From Candidatus Sumerlaeota bacterium (GTDB taxonomy: Bacteria > Bacillota > SLNR01): DNA of 64,000 nt. Every line of letters begins with the position of its first letter. Within the stretch, counting starts at the first letter, position 1. The stretch covers positions 5,859 to 69,858 of the forward strand of contig SLNR01000020.1 in the NCBI GenBank assembly GCA_007132905.1, read 5' to 3'. A model generated the notes under the pieces. It was not told the DNA's origin. It made no database searches and saw only the letters and a list, made by a program, of their open reading frames with translations. The position numbers were made by a program, and so were the translations under genes. Positions 38,532 to 48,087 of the stretch are shown here, piece by piece.

Positions 38532-38917
38532 GCATTTTAAATTTTGCAATACTTATGAGGGCTTTTTCTAAGGGTTTTGGTAGTACTTCTAAAGTTAAAT
38601 TCCGAACAGGTTTTAAACAGCTGAATAATTTGATCCTCCCTATCACTTTTCTTGACCTTTTAAAAACTTCGGATATGGTAGACTTTAGTTTTAAAGTTGA
38701 TTGCTTTCTGTCGAAAAACAACGGTATATGGCTAAAGCTATTGAAAACAGAAAAGGGATTTGCTATGATTAAACAATAAGGATAGTCAAGCATGGGCGGA
38801 GGATCAGCAGAGCAAGTGTTGGCAGGGTCCGGGCCGGTTACTCATTTGCTTGTCTGTTCTGGCTTTATTAAGAAAGGACACAGTTGATAAAAAACAGTAC
38901 TGTTAGGGAGGGATATT

Positions 38918-40234
38918 ATGTTAGAAACAGCATTGAACGCCATGGCACAGCAGTATCTGGATCTGACTCTTTGCAAGAGTCGTTGTGATGAGTCAGATAT
39001 TCAGTGGTACACTGAAGGACCTTTTTGGCGAAGAACAAACATGCGCTTTTCCCGGGAGTACAAAATTCTGCCTGACTACGAAATTGGTGATATGAAACAC
39101 GGAAAGACTTTGGAGGACGTTCTGGATGAATGCACCCATTTAAAAGCAAATCTAAAGTTGTATAAGGAGACTGCTCGACCCGATGAAATGCAGCGCATCG
39201 ATTACATCATTGATCATGTGGTTAACCTCCACACTCGAACCAGGCTGCTTTTAGGCGAGAAAATACCTTATAACACCATGACCGATCTTATGTACGGTCT
39301 GGTGGCACCGGCCTATGAACTCAAGCAATTTGATGATATTCTCGGCGAAATGGAGCAGGCGCTGCCCGGCAGCGGATCCGTTCAAGACAAAATCGCCAGG
39401 TTCCGGAAAAAGATTACCGTTCCTCCTGAAAAACTTTTGCAAGTTATGACAGACGGTACAAAGGCCTTTCACGATATGTCAATGGAAAATATGACTTTGA
39501 CCGGCAACAGTATGCCGCGGGTAAGGGTTCGAGAGCTGGCCGATCCCAAAATGGAGTTTCTTTCTATTTTGTTCGGATACGATTATAATCACCTTGAATA
39601 CGAACGTAATTTCAATCTTTTGTTCAATTGGACTGTGGATCATATTGTTGAATGCATCGGACATGAAATGGAACCGGGGCACCTGACCTATTATGAAAAG
39701 AGAATACAGACCTATATCGATACAGGCTGGCCGGAAATGGCGGTCGTCTCCTTGTATTCTTCTTCATCTGCCTTTACGGAAGGATCGGGGCGTTATGTGA
39801 TTGATATGTGTTTTGATCATTCCATGGACAAGAAAGTAGATTTTGAACGGGAATATATATTTAAAAAGGCCGATCTAGATATGGGCTTAGTTGAATTGAT
39901 GCCCTTATGGCATCAATTCAGCGAGATGACCGGTTACGGCAAGCTAGAAGCGTCTCGCCGGCTGTGGGACGGAGAGTGGTCTTTAGAAGAAGCTTTGGCG
40001 TTTTTGAAGCAGTATGGGTTTGTAGACAAAGATACTCAGACAGCGGATATTGAAAAAATGGCTTGCGATATGGGCCACTTCACATCCCACGAACACGCCC
40101 GAGATGTGGTAAAAGAATATTTCCGCTCTGTAACCTCCTCTGTTGAGGAAGAATGGCGCCTTTATGAAAAGCTTTGCTGCGCGCATATGTCTATGCGAGG
40201 GATGCAGGACAAAACTTACCGTATCGATTTCTGA
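38918..40234 (+). CDS. DUF885-like putative metallohydrolase (HExxPGH motif)
   Basis: 438 aa. AGGGAGGG lies upstream. The motif CIGHEMEPGHLTYY resembles the DUF885 HE..PGH signature. No signal peptide. Confidence 0.5.
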   Translation: MLETALNAMAQQYLDLTLCKSRCDESDIQWYTEGPFWRRTNMRFSREYKILPDYEIGDMKHGKTLEDVLDECTHLKANLKLYKETARPDEMQRIDYIIDHVVNLHTRTRLLLGEKIPYNTMTDLMYGLVAPAYELKQFDDILGEMEQALPGSGSVQDKIARFRKKITVPPEKLLQVMTDGTKAFHDMSMENMTLTGNSMPRVRVRELADPKMEFLSILFGYDYNHLEYERNFNLLFNWTVDHIVECIGHEMEPGHLTYYEKRIQTYIDTGWPEMAVVSLYSSSSAFTEGSGRYVIDMCFDHSMDKKVDFEREYIFKKADLDMGLVELMPLWHQFSEMTGYGKLEASRRLWDGEWSLEEALAFLKQYGFVDKDTQTADIEKMACDMGHFTSHEHARDVVKEYFRSVTSSVEEEWRLYEKLCCAHMSMRGMQDKTYRIDF

Positions 40235-40326
40235 TTTTTTTCTTTCGAGTGCGATCAAAGAAGAAAACCTTAATAGCAAAGTGACCTGCTTCTGTCAAGT
40301 GGAAGTAAAAAAAAGATAAACCTCTG

Positions 40327-40360
40327 ACACCAATCATGTAACTATGGTTGGTGTTGTTTT
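40327..40360 (+). terminator. rho-independent terminator after the DUF885-like gene
   Basis: ACACCAATCAT-gtaact-ATGGTTGGTGT is an 11 bp stem with one G-U pair, followed by TGTTTT. Confidence 0.6.
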
Positions 40361-40545
40361 CCAGTTGCTGAACTAAAAAAGAGTGCCCTTACTAAGGGGT
40401 CTATTCAGTTTGACCTTTTCAAATATCGAGGCTCATATTGTCATGAGCAATCTATTCGATCTGCCGCTTTTTGGCTTTTAAGCACTGCAAATACTTTTGT
40501 GTCGGTCCTCTTAAAATCTTCTGACAGGGCGGTTTTTTAAACCTG

Positions 40546-40668
40546 TTATGAGGACTTATATTTCATGAGCGAAAAGGTCTTGCCGGACAGATCTGCTTGG
40601 CTTAATCCTTTAATATTCCGAAGTTGTTCGACTTCCGACTGAGTCATGTTGAAGATTTTCTCTCTCAT
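40546..40668 (-). pseudogene. possible remnant of an XRE-family HTH regulator (40-codon ORF)
   Basis: The minus-strand ORF reads MREKIFNMTQSEVEQLRNIKGLSQADLSGKTFSLMKYKSS. LR..KGLSQADLS resembles an XRE helix-turn-helix. There is no good RBS and it is truncated. Confidence 0.25.
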
Positions 40669-40739
40669 AGGTGATATTTTATCAGAATAAATTTGACGTG
40701 ACATTATCACAGAATAACTACAAAAGATGGCCTTCGCCC

Positions 40740-40768
40740 TTGACAGAACCGGATTTTATGATTATACT
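40740..40768 (+). promoter_or_regulatory. putative sigmaA promoter of ylxM-ffh
   Basis: TTGACA-17 nt-TATACT, about 40 nt upstream of ylxM. Confidence 0.55.
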
Positions 40769-40808
40769 TTATCCTGTGAAGGTATAAAGCTTTACAGGGG
40801 CTGGTCTA

Positions 40809-41195
40809 ATGCTTGACAAGGTGGTCAGGTTGAACCAATTATACGACTGGTATAGCCCGCTGTTGACAGATAAACAGCGGGATGTTTTTGAGCTTTATTA
40901 CCACCATAATTTATCACTGGCAGAAATCGCCGAAAATCATGGAATAAGTCGTTCAGCAGTAAGAGATGCTTTGCTGCGTACCGAGAAGAGGTTGGAGACA
41001 TTTGAAAATAAACTTGGTCTTGCCGAAAAGCAAGCCAAGTCAGAAGAGATTATTGAAAACATGCAGCAAAACAGGCTTTTGCTTGGTCCGGAGGAACTAG
41101 ATCGAAAAACACAAGAAATTATTCATAAGCTTCAAGAAATGCTAAATGTTGTCAATGATGTCTGGACTTCTGAAGAAAACAGGAGGGGATCGTAA
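40809..41195 (+). CDS. ylxM: YlxM/p13-like putative DNA-binding protein (UPF0122)
   Basis: LYDWYSPLLTDKQRDVFELYYHHNLSLAEIAENHGISRSAVRDAL is the YlxM signature. The gene lies upstream of ffh. Confidence 0.85.
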   Translation: MLDKVVRLNQLYDWYSPLLTDKQRDVFELYYHHNLSLAEIAENHGISRSAVRDALLRTEKRLETFENKLGLAEKQAKSEEIIENMQQNRLLLGPEELDRKTQEIIHKLQEMLNVVNDVWTSEENRRGS

Positions 41196-42538
41196 TGCTG
41201 TTTCAAGGCCTAGCTGATAGGCTTCAAGATACACTGCAAAAGTTAAGGGGAAAAGGGCGATTAACAGAAAAAGACGTTTCCCAGGCTCTCAGAGAAGTCA
41301 GAATGGCTTTGCTGGAGGCCGATGTAAATTTTAATGTAGCCAAGGACTTTGTTGCCCGGATCAAAGAACGGGCCGTGGGCGAGGAAGTGCTGACAAGCTT
41401 GACTCCCGGACAGCAGGTTGTCAAAATTGTACACGAGGAGTTAACCGAGCTTTTAGGCAAAGAAGAAGCGAAAATTTCAACTGCATCAAATCCACCGACC
41501 ATCATCATGCTGGTCGGACTACAAGGTTCAGGGAAAACAACGACGGCAGGAAAGCTTGCCGCTCATTTGCGCCGCCAGGGGAAGAAACCACTTTTGGTGG
41601 CGGCGGATGTTTACCGGCCGGCGGCCGTAAAACAACTTGCCGTACTAGGCGAGCAGCTCGATATTCCTGTTTTTGATATGGGTACTTCGGCTTCGCCCGT
41701 GGACATCGTTGCGGGCGCTAAAGGCCAGGCTGGAAAATACGGGCAGGACACTTTGATTGTGGATACCGCCGGACGGCTTCATATAGACGAAGAACTGATG
41801 GGCGAGCTTAAAGAAATTAAGAGCAAGGCCAAACCACAAGAGATTCTTTTGGTGGTGGACGCCATGACAGGACAAGATGCGGTTAAAATAGCCGAGAGCT
41901 TTCATGAGTCTTTAGGCATTGACGGTTTAATTATGACAAAGATGGATGGAGATACGCGGGGTGGAGCTGCTCTTTCCGCCAAATCAGTAACCGGCCGGCC
42001 CATTAAGTTCGCCGGAACGGGCGAAAAGCTTGATGCGTTTGAAGTATTTCATCCGGAAAGAGTTGCGTCGCGCATATTGGGCATGGGAGATATGCTGACT
42101 CTCATTGAAAAAGCGGAAGCAACGGTAGATAAAGATAAAGCCAAAGAAATGGAAAAGAAAATTCGAGAAGCCGATTTTACCCTGGAAGATTTTTTTGATC
42201 AGCTTAAACAAGTGAAGAATATGGGGTCATTTGATGAACTGATGGGCATGATTCCCGGAATGGAAAAGATCAAAAAAATCCAAGGAGCTGCCGTTGACGA
42301 AAAAGAAATGGGCAAGGTCGAAGCGATTATTAGCTCAATGACCATTGAAGAGAGAAGGGAACCTTCCCTTATTGGGGGCAGCCGCCGCAAAAGAATTGCC
42401 AAAGGCAGCGGCACGAAAGTACAGGATGTCAATCGCCTTTTGAAACAGTTTGACGGGATGAAGAAACTTATGAAACAGATGAGCGGACAGAAAAAGCGCG
42501 GCGGAGGAATGGATAAGAATTTACCTTTTCTACAATAG
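41195..42538 (+). CDS. ffh: signal recognition particle protein Ffh
   Basis: GLQGSGKTTT, DTAGR, TKMDGDTRGGAAL and a Met-rich M domain. The ATG overlaps the ylxM stop. Confidence 0.95.
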   Translation: MLFQGLADRLQDTLQKLRGKGRLTEKDVSQALREVRMALLEADVNFNVAKDFVARIKERAVGEEVLTSLTPGQQVVKIVHEELTELLGKEEAKISTASNPPTIIMLVGLQGSGKTTTAGKLAAHLRRQGKKPLLVAADVYRPAAVKQLAVLGEQLDIPVFDMGTSASPVDIVAGAKGQAGKYGQDTLIVDTAGRLHIDEELMGELKEIKSKAKPQEILLVVDAMTGQDAVKIAESFHESLGIDGLIMTKMDGDTRGGAALSAKSVTGRPIKFAGTGEKLDAFEVFHPERVASRILGMGDMLTLIEKAEATVDKDKAKEMEKKIREADFTLEDFFDQLKQVKNMGSFDELMGMIPGMEKIKKIQGAAVDEKEMGKVEAIISSMTIEERREPSLIGGSRRKRIAKGSGTKVQDVNRLLKQFDGMKKLMKQMSGQKKRGGGMDKNLPFLQ

Positions 42539-42573
42539 GCAAGCAAGAGTAAGATATGAAGGGAGGTGAAAAC

Positions 42574-42843
42574 ATGGCAGTTCGCATTCGTTTAAAAAGA
42601 GTAGGGGCTAGAAAAAAACCTCATTTTCGGGTAGTAGTAGCCGACTCTCGTTTTCCTAGGGACGGTCGTTTTATCGAAGAACTTGGTTATTATAAACCGG
42701 CTTCTATCCCGGCGGAAATAAAGATCGATGAAGACAAAGCGATCCAGTGGCTTAACGAAGGAGCACAACCTTCTGACACGGTAAAATCATTGTTTAGAAA
42801 AATTGGTTTAGGAGCGCAGGAGAAAGAGAGCAGCGAGGAGTAG
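42574..42843 (+). CDS. rpsP: 30S ribosomal protein S16
   Basis: The N-terminus is [26 protein letters not shown]. Confidence 0.95.
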   Translation: MAVRIRLKRVGARKKPHFRVVVADSRFPRDGRFIEELGYYKPASIPAEIKIDEDKAIQWLNEGAQPSDTVKSLFRKIGLGAQEKESSEE

Positions 42844-42874
42844 AAGGCTTGATGTAATGGTGGGAGGTGTGACC

Positions 42875-43120
42875 ATGGAAAGGTTGGTTGAAGTAATAGC
42901 GAAAGCCTTGGTGGATCAGCCAGAAGAGGTAAAGGTCTGCTCAGAAGAGGATGATAGAGCAATCATCTTGAAATTGCGGGTTGACAAAGAAGACATGGGC
43001 AAAGTCATCGGCAAACAAGGAAGAATTGCCAAAGCAATGAGAACGGTGGTTAATGCCGCCGGTGCGAACACAAAAAAAAGGGTTATTGTCGATATTGATC
43101 ATGAAGAAGAAGCATCCTGA
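42875..43120 (+). CDS. khpA: KH-domain RNA-binding protein (YlqC/KhpA family)
   Basis: LVEVIAKALVDQPEEV...DMGKVIGKQGRIAKAMRTV contains a GxxG KH motif. The gene lies between rpsP and rimM. Confidence 0.8.
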   Translation: MERLVEVIAKALVDQPEEVKVCSEEDDRAIILKLRVDKEDMGKVIGKQGRIAKAMRTVVNAAGANTKKRVIVDIDHEEEAS

Positions 43121-43152
43121 TTTTCTTTCGACCATGACTTATCAAACGGCAG

Positions 43153-43671
43153 GTGGGAAGATTGAGTGAGGACTTCTTAACCGTGGGATTGGTTGTTTCT
43201 GTTTGGGGGAACCGGGGAGAAGTGAAGGTTCTTCCGTTGACAGATTTTTTAGACCGTTTTTATCTATTAGAGAATATTATTTGGGAAAAAGACGGATACC
43301 GAATTGATTTGGCCGTAAAATCCGTTCGCCAGCATAAAAAGATGATTCTTCTTGCCTTAGCAGGATATGATTCCCCTGAAGAAGCAAAAAAACTGTCGCA
43401 AGGCTATCTTAAAATTCCTATCGAAGAGCGTATCAAACTGCCCGAGGGAGAGTACTATCACTTCGAAATAATCGGGATGGAAGTTTTTGATATCAATGAC
43501 AAGCGTGTCGGTGTCATCGATGACATCATCCAAACGGGAAGCAATGATGTGTATGTGGTTCGAAGGGAAGGGGAAAAAGATCTGCTCCTGCCGGCTTTAA
43601 GAAGCGTGGTTGTAAGTATAGACAAAGATAAGAATCGTCTTACAGCACATATTCCAGAAGGGCTGGATTGA
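43153..43671 (+). CDS. rimM: 16S rRNA processing protein RimM
   Basis: [27 protein letters not shown] and the PRC barrel. The exact start (GTG 43153 or TTG 43162) is uncertain. Confidence 0.9.
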   Translation: MGRLSEDFLTVGLVVSVWGNRGEVKVLPLTDFLDRFYLLENIIWEKDGYRIDLAVKSVRQHKKMILLALAGYDSPEEAKKLSQGYLKIPIEERIKLPEGEYYHFEIIGMEVFDINDKRVGVIDDIIQTGSNDVYVVRREGEKDLLLPALRSVVVSIDKDKNRLTAHIPEGLD

Positions 43672-43693
43672 GCAAGAAAAGGAAGGACAGGAT

Positions 43694-44461
43694 ATGAGTT
43701 TGCATATTGATATACTGACCTTATTTCCGGACATGTTTTCAGGTCCTTTATCCGAGAGCATCCTAAAAAGGGCGCAGGAGAAAGAGCTTTTGTCCTTGAA
43801 AATTACTGATGTTCGCGATTTCTCTCATGATAAGCACCGCACTGCAGATGATTATCCCTTCGGCGGCGGGGCCGGCATGCTGATGAAACCCGAACCCATT
43901 TTTGAAGCAGTTGAACATGTATCAGATTCCCGTAAAGAAAAAACAAAGGATCACCCTCATGTGGTAATGATGTGTCCTCAAGGAAAAGTGCTGGACCAAA
44001 AGGCCGCCCAAAAATTATCAAAGAAGGAGCACCTCATACTCATTTGCGGTCGTTACGAAGGTATTGATGAACGGGTAAGACTTCATCTTGTCGATGAAGA
44101 GGTTTCTATCGGGGATTATGTGCTGAGCGGAGGAGAATTGCCGGCAATGGTTTTGATTGATGCAGTGGCTCGTTTGATACCGGGTGTGGTGGGCGCTTAC
44201 GAATCTGTGGAGGCAGATTCGTTTACCGAGAGTTTGCTTGACTATCCTCAATACACAAGGCCGAGAGAATATCGAGGGTTGGAGGTTCCGGCAGTGCTTT
44301 TATCTGGGGATCATGAGCGGATTCGACGCTGGCGCAGGAAAGAAGCGATACGAAGAACGTATCTTAAGAGGCCCGATCTTCTCAAACGGCATGAGTTTTC
44401 TAAAGAAGACAAGGATTTACTTGAAGAGATCAAAAAGGAAATCGATGACAAGGGCATCTAA
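43694..44461 (+). CDS. trmD: tRNA (guanine37-N1)-methyltransferase
   Basis: [33 protein letters not shown] and [11 protein letters not shown]. Confidence 0.95.
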   Translation: MSLHIDILTLFPDMFSGPLSESILKRAQEKELLSLKITDVRDFSHDKHRTADDYPFGGGAGMLMKPEPIFEAVEHVSDSRKEKTKDHPHVVMMCPQGKVLDQKAAQKLSKKEHLILICGRYEGIDERVRLHLVDEEVSIGDYVLSGGELPAMVLIDAVARLIPGVVGAYESVEADSFTESLLDYPQYTRPREYRGLEVPAVLLSGDHERIRRWRRKEAIRRTYLKRPDLLKRHEFSKEDKDLLEEIKKEIDDKGI

Positions 44462-44506
44462 AAACAAAACGAAATTTATGCTTATGGTAAGAAAGGAGGA
44501 GCAGTC

Positions 44507-44848
44507 ATGGATCTTATCAAAACAATAGAGCAAGAGCAAATGAAAAACGACGTACCTGCTTTTCGACCGGGTGACACCGTAAAAGTGCATGTTCGAGTGG
44601 TCGAGGGCGCGCGTGAAAGAATTCAGGTTTTCCAGGGAGTGGTGATTAACCGCCGCGGTGGGGGACTGACAGAGACTTTTAAAGTTCGTCGTGTTTCCTA
44701 TGGAGTCGGTGTTGAAAGGACTTTTCCCATTCACTCACCAAGAATCGAGAAAATCGAAATAGCAAGGCGCGGCGATGTTCGAAGAGCAAAACTTTATTAT
44801 TTAAGGAACTTAAAAGGCAAGGCGGCCCGGATTAAAGAAAAGCGGTAA
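44507..44848 (+). CDS. rplS: 50S ribosomal protein L19
   Basis: [28 protein letters not shown] is the L19 signature. Confidence 0.95.
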   Translation: MDLIKTIEQEQMKNDVPAFRPGDTVKVHVRVVEGARERIQVFQGVVINRRGGGLTETFKVRRVSYGVGVERTFPIHSPRIEKIEIARRGDVRRAKLYYLRNLKGKAARIKEKR

Positions 44849-44856
44849 CTTGCAGC

Positions 44857-44884
44857 AGGGGGCTTTTTTGTCCCCTTTCTTTTT
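44857..44884 (+). terminator. putative terminator after rplS
   Basis: An AGGGG...CCCCT stem followed by a T-rich tract. Confidence 0.45.
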
Positions 44885-44936
44885 ATGTCATTAAATTTTA
44901 CCATGGGACAGTTCATAAGAAATGAGGGAAGTCTTG

Positions 44937-45458
44937 ATGGCAAATGATTCTGGCAAAGTGTTCCGTGAAGTTTTTGAAACCATCATAATAGCTTTGGTGC
45001 TGGCATTTCTTGTACGCTCGTTTGTGGTGGAATCCTTTCTTGTGGATGGGCGTTCAATGGAACCGACACTCTATAACAATGAACGTTTGTTTGTGAATAA
45101 ATTCGGCTATCGAATCTCCCCTCCCAAAAGAGGAGACATTATTGTCTTTCAATACCCCAAAGACACCTCAAGAGATTTCATCAAACGGGTCATCGCTTTG
45201 CCCGGCGAGGAAATAGAAATTAAAGACCAATCGGTCTACATCGACGGCGTCTTACTCGAAGAGCCATATGTCGACAAAGGGGATTATGAGCCTCACCCGA
45301 AAGAGGAAATTCCTGAAGGCAAACTTTTTGTCTTGGGGGACAATTATGGAAGCAGTGAAGACAGCCGTTTTTTCGGGCCGGTTCCTTTAAAAAATGTTAA
45401 AGGAAAAGCGTTAGTTGTGTATTGGCCTGTAGCAGATTTACGTATTTTACAGCACTGA
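44937..45458 (+). CDS. lepB: signal peptidase I
   Basis: A TM segment, then SMEPTL (catalytic Ser), KRVIALPGE (Lys) and GDNYGSSEDSR. Confidence 0.9.
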   Translation: MANDSGKVFREVFETIIIALVLAFLVRSFVVESFLVDGRSMEPTLYNNERLFVNKFGYRISPPKRGDIIVFQYPKDTSRDFIKRVIALPGEEIEIKDQSVYIDGVLLEEPYVDKGDYEPHPKEEIPEGKLFVLGDNYGSSEDSRFFGPVPLKNVKGKALVVYWPVADLRILQH

Positions 45459-45486
45459 AGTCCCTTAGTAAAAAGGAGTTTAAAGA

Positions 45487-46365
45487 ATGAGCTCTCATTG
45501 GTATCCCGGCCACATGGCCAAAGCAAAGCAGACCATCAAAGAAAATCTAAAAAACGTAGATGTAGTCATTGAAGTACGAGATGCTCGTCTTCCGGATAGT
45601 AGCGGGAATCCAGACATTCACCATCTTCTCAGGGATAAGCCATCGGTGCTGGTTTTAAACAAGGCGGATCTCGCTGACTCCTACCTAACTAAGTTGTGGG
45701 AAAAACACTATGAGCATCAAGGCAGAGAGGTTGCAATTATGAATTCCCTTAAAGGACAGGGAAAAAACAACCTGTTGGAAAAAATAAAAGACATCAGCAG
45801 CAGCAAGTTTTCTGCTATGAAGCTGAAGGGCCGGCGTATGAGAGCGGTTCGATTAATGGTAATCGGGATTCCCAATGTTGGCAAATCACAGCTTATTAAC
45901 TGTTTGGCTAACCGAAAGATGGCGCGGACCGGAGATCGACCGGGAGTGACCCGGGGAAAACAATGGATTCATATTGACCAAAAATTGGCTTTGTTGGATA
46001 TGCCGGGGATATTATGGGCTAGACAAAAAGATCCGCAAGTTCAACAAAAACTAAATATTATCGCTGCTCTTGATAACAAGATGGATGATTTGGAAAAAGC
46101 AGCCATTGACCTGATACAGGTATTAATGAAACTAGAGGCAAAAGAATATCTAAAAAAGTGGACCCATGAAAAAGAAGATGTCTTGCAACCTGAAGAAGTG
46201 CTAAAAGCCATAGGTAAAGACAGAGGTTTTTTAATAGCGGGCGGTAGTGTGGACCTGCACAAAGCAGCGGTGCATTTCATTCGTGATTTTCAAGCTGGCA
46301 AATACGGCAGGATCACCCTGGAAGAACCTCCCCGAGAAGAGGTTAAAAAGGATCAAGAATCTTAA
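45487..46365 (+). CDS. rbgA: ribosome biogenesis GTPase A (YlqF)
   Basis: WYPGHMAKAK and circularly permuted GTPase motifs (NKADL, GIPNVGKS, DMPG). Confidence 0.9.
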   Translation: MSSHWYPGHMAKAKQTIKENLKNVDVVIEVRDARLPDSSGNPDIHHLLRDKPSVLVLNKADLADSYLTKLWEKHYEHQGREVAIMNSLKGQGKNNLLEKIKDISSSKFSAMKLKGRRMRAVRLMVIGIPNVGKSQLINCLANRKMARTGDRPGVTRGKQWIHIDQKLALLDMPGILWARQKDPQVQQKLNIIAALDNKMDDLEKAAIDLIQVLMKLEAKEYLKKWTHEKEDVLQPEEVLKAIGKDRGFLIAGGSVDLHKAAVHFIRDFQAGKYGRITLEEPPREEVKKDQES

Positions 46366-46385
46366 AAAAAAAAGCAGGAGGCACT

Positions 46386-46988
46386 ATGAAAAGAAAAGTG
46401 TGCGGGGTGGATGAAGTAGGAAGAGGAGCGGCTGTCGGAAGAATTTTCGCGGCCGCTTGTATTCTTTATGAACACAAGAAAATACCCGATTTAAACGATT
46501 CCAAACAATTGTCACCAAAAAAAAGATTGGCTCTTTCTTCTCTCATTAAGGAAGGAGCTCTTGATTGGCATATCGCAGCGGCGGATCTTCAAGATATCAA
46601 CAAGCTCAATGTTCATTATGCTTCTTTACTGGCCATGAAAAGAGCTACCGAAGGGTTATCATGCGGCCAGCCGATGTTGGTTCTTGCCGACGGACGATAT
46701 TCTCTGGAAGTGGCGTTTGAATGTAAGAATATTGTGGGGGGGGATAAGAAGGTGCCCGCCATCAGTGCTGCCTCGATTCTAGCCAAAGTTGCCCGCGATC
46801 GAGAGATGGAAGATCTTGATTTAGAATATCCACAATTTGGCTGGAAGAAGAATAAAGGGTATCTTACCAAAGAGCATCTTGATGCTTTAATGAAATATGG
46901 TCCGTCTCCTTATCATAGACAAAACTATAAACCCGTAAAAGAGGCAAAAAGAAAGCGAAGCGGTAAACTCAGAGAAAATTCCCAATAA
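46386..46988 (+). CDS. rnhB: ribonuclease HII
   Basis: GVDEVGRG, DSKQLSPKKR and SAASILAKVARD. The gene follows rbgA, as in Bacillus. Confidence 0.85.
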   Translation: MKRKVCGVDEVGRGAAVGRIFAAACILYEHKKIPDLNDSKQLSPKKRLALSSLIKEGALDWHIAAADLQDINKLNVHYASLLAMKRATEGLSCGQPMLVLADGRYSLEVAFECKNIVGGDKKVPAISAASILAKVARDREMEDLDLEYPQFGWKKNKGYLTKEHLDALMKYGPSPYHRQNYKPVKEAKRKRSGKLRENSQ

Positions 46989-47091
46989 ATCCAACGATGA
47001 CATGATGACATAAAGAAGACCGTATGTTTGGCCTATGGACTACTTTTTATAATATTTCTGTAAAAAAAGGAAGCGTAAGAAGGAAAAAGAA

Positions 47092-47109
47092 ACTATTTGT
47101 GAAAATAGT
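47092..47109. promoter_or_regulatory. 7-bp inverted repeat overlapping a candidate -35 upstream of codY (possible operator)
   Basis: ACTATTT-gtga-AAATAGT. It overlaps TTGTGA-16 nt-TAGAAT. Confidence 0.3.
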
Positions 47110-47226
47110 CATTATATATAGAATATAACAACAATTTACTTTTCATTAGTGCGCGTTTACTTTACAAGTGAAATGAAAAGGCGAATCGAAGAGGATTTCA
47201 GGATAATTGATCAGGGGGGATAGGGA

Positions 47227-48009
47227 GTGCAGACGCTGCTGGAGAGGGTGCGACGGATCGGAAAATTAATCTTGCGTTCCTATGGCGACCCGATGGATTT
47301 TGATGAGGCGGCCAGGATCATCGGAGAAGCTATGAACATCAATGTGTATATAGTAAATGGTGATGGCGATGTCCTGGGGGCGGCTTTATCGGAAGATTAT
47401 GATTGTCAGGTCATGGAAGAAATATTAGAAGAAGATCGGAAAATATCTCAAGAATTACTTGAAAAGCTTCTCAAGATAGAAGAGACGGTGACAAATGTAA
47501 GGGAAGAAAATGAAAACTGCATCGTAAGACCTTCCGCCGAATGCCCTTTTGATTATCAGATAAGCACCTATATTCCTATTTCTATTCGAGGAGAAAGGCT
47601 GGGAATTCTCATTTTGACCAGCCTGGACGAACCCTTTAATGAAGATGACTTAATTATTGGAGAATATGGTGCTACTTTGGTTGGTATGGAAATGATTCGA
47701 GCTCGGATAGAACATGCTGAGGAAAATGAAAGAGCTTCTGCCTCGATTGAACTTGTGTTAAGAACTATTTCATATTCTGAGCTGATTGCGATTGAATCGG
47801 TCCTTCAAGAATTAAATGGCGATGAGGGAGTTATTACTGCTGCAAAAGTAGCGGATCAGGCAGGGATTACCCGTTCTGTCATCGTCAATGCGTTGAGAAA
47901 ACTGGAAAGTGCCGGCATTATTAACTCCCGGTCGCTGGGCATGAAAGGGACGTATGTGAAGATTTTAAATGACCAATTGCTTGATGCGATTGAAGAGATG
48001 AGCAAATAA
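47227..48009 (+). CDS. codY: GTP-sensing pleiotropic repressor CodY
   Basis: The C-terminal HTH AAKVADQAGITRSVIVNALRKLESAGIINSRSLGMKGTYVKILN is nearly identical to the CodY signature. Confidence 0.95.
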   Translation: MQTLLERVRRIGKLILRSYGDPMDFDEAARIIGEAMNINVYIVNGDGDVLGAALSEDYDCQVMEEILEEDRKISQELLEKLLKIEETVTNVREENENCIVRPSAECPFDYQISTYIPISIRGERLGILILTSLDEPFNEDDLIIGEYGATLVGMEMIRARIEHAEENERASASIELVLRTISYSELIAIESVLQELNGDEGVITAAKVADQAGITRSVIVNALRKLESAGIINSRSLGMKGTYVKILNDQLLDAIEEMSK

Positions 48010-48039
48010 GAGTGTCTATGAGCGGTTTACAAAAAGACA

Positions 48040-48087
48040 AACGGGTTCTGATAGAAGATACGACAAAATTAGAGCCTGTTTTTTTTG
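48040..48087 (+). terminator. putative terminator after codY
   Basis: AACGGGTTCT...AGAGCCTGTT is a 10 bp stem with two G-U pairs, followed by T8. Confidence 0.45.

Noticed and set aside
38515-38793. Overlapping ORFs 38515-38793 (-) and 38555-38779 (+) in the AT-rich spacer
   Set aside because: They are mutually overlapping, lack an RBS and have odd compositions. They begin inside or next to a terminator hairpin. They are probably chance ORFs in AT-rich DNA.
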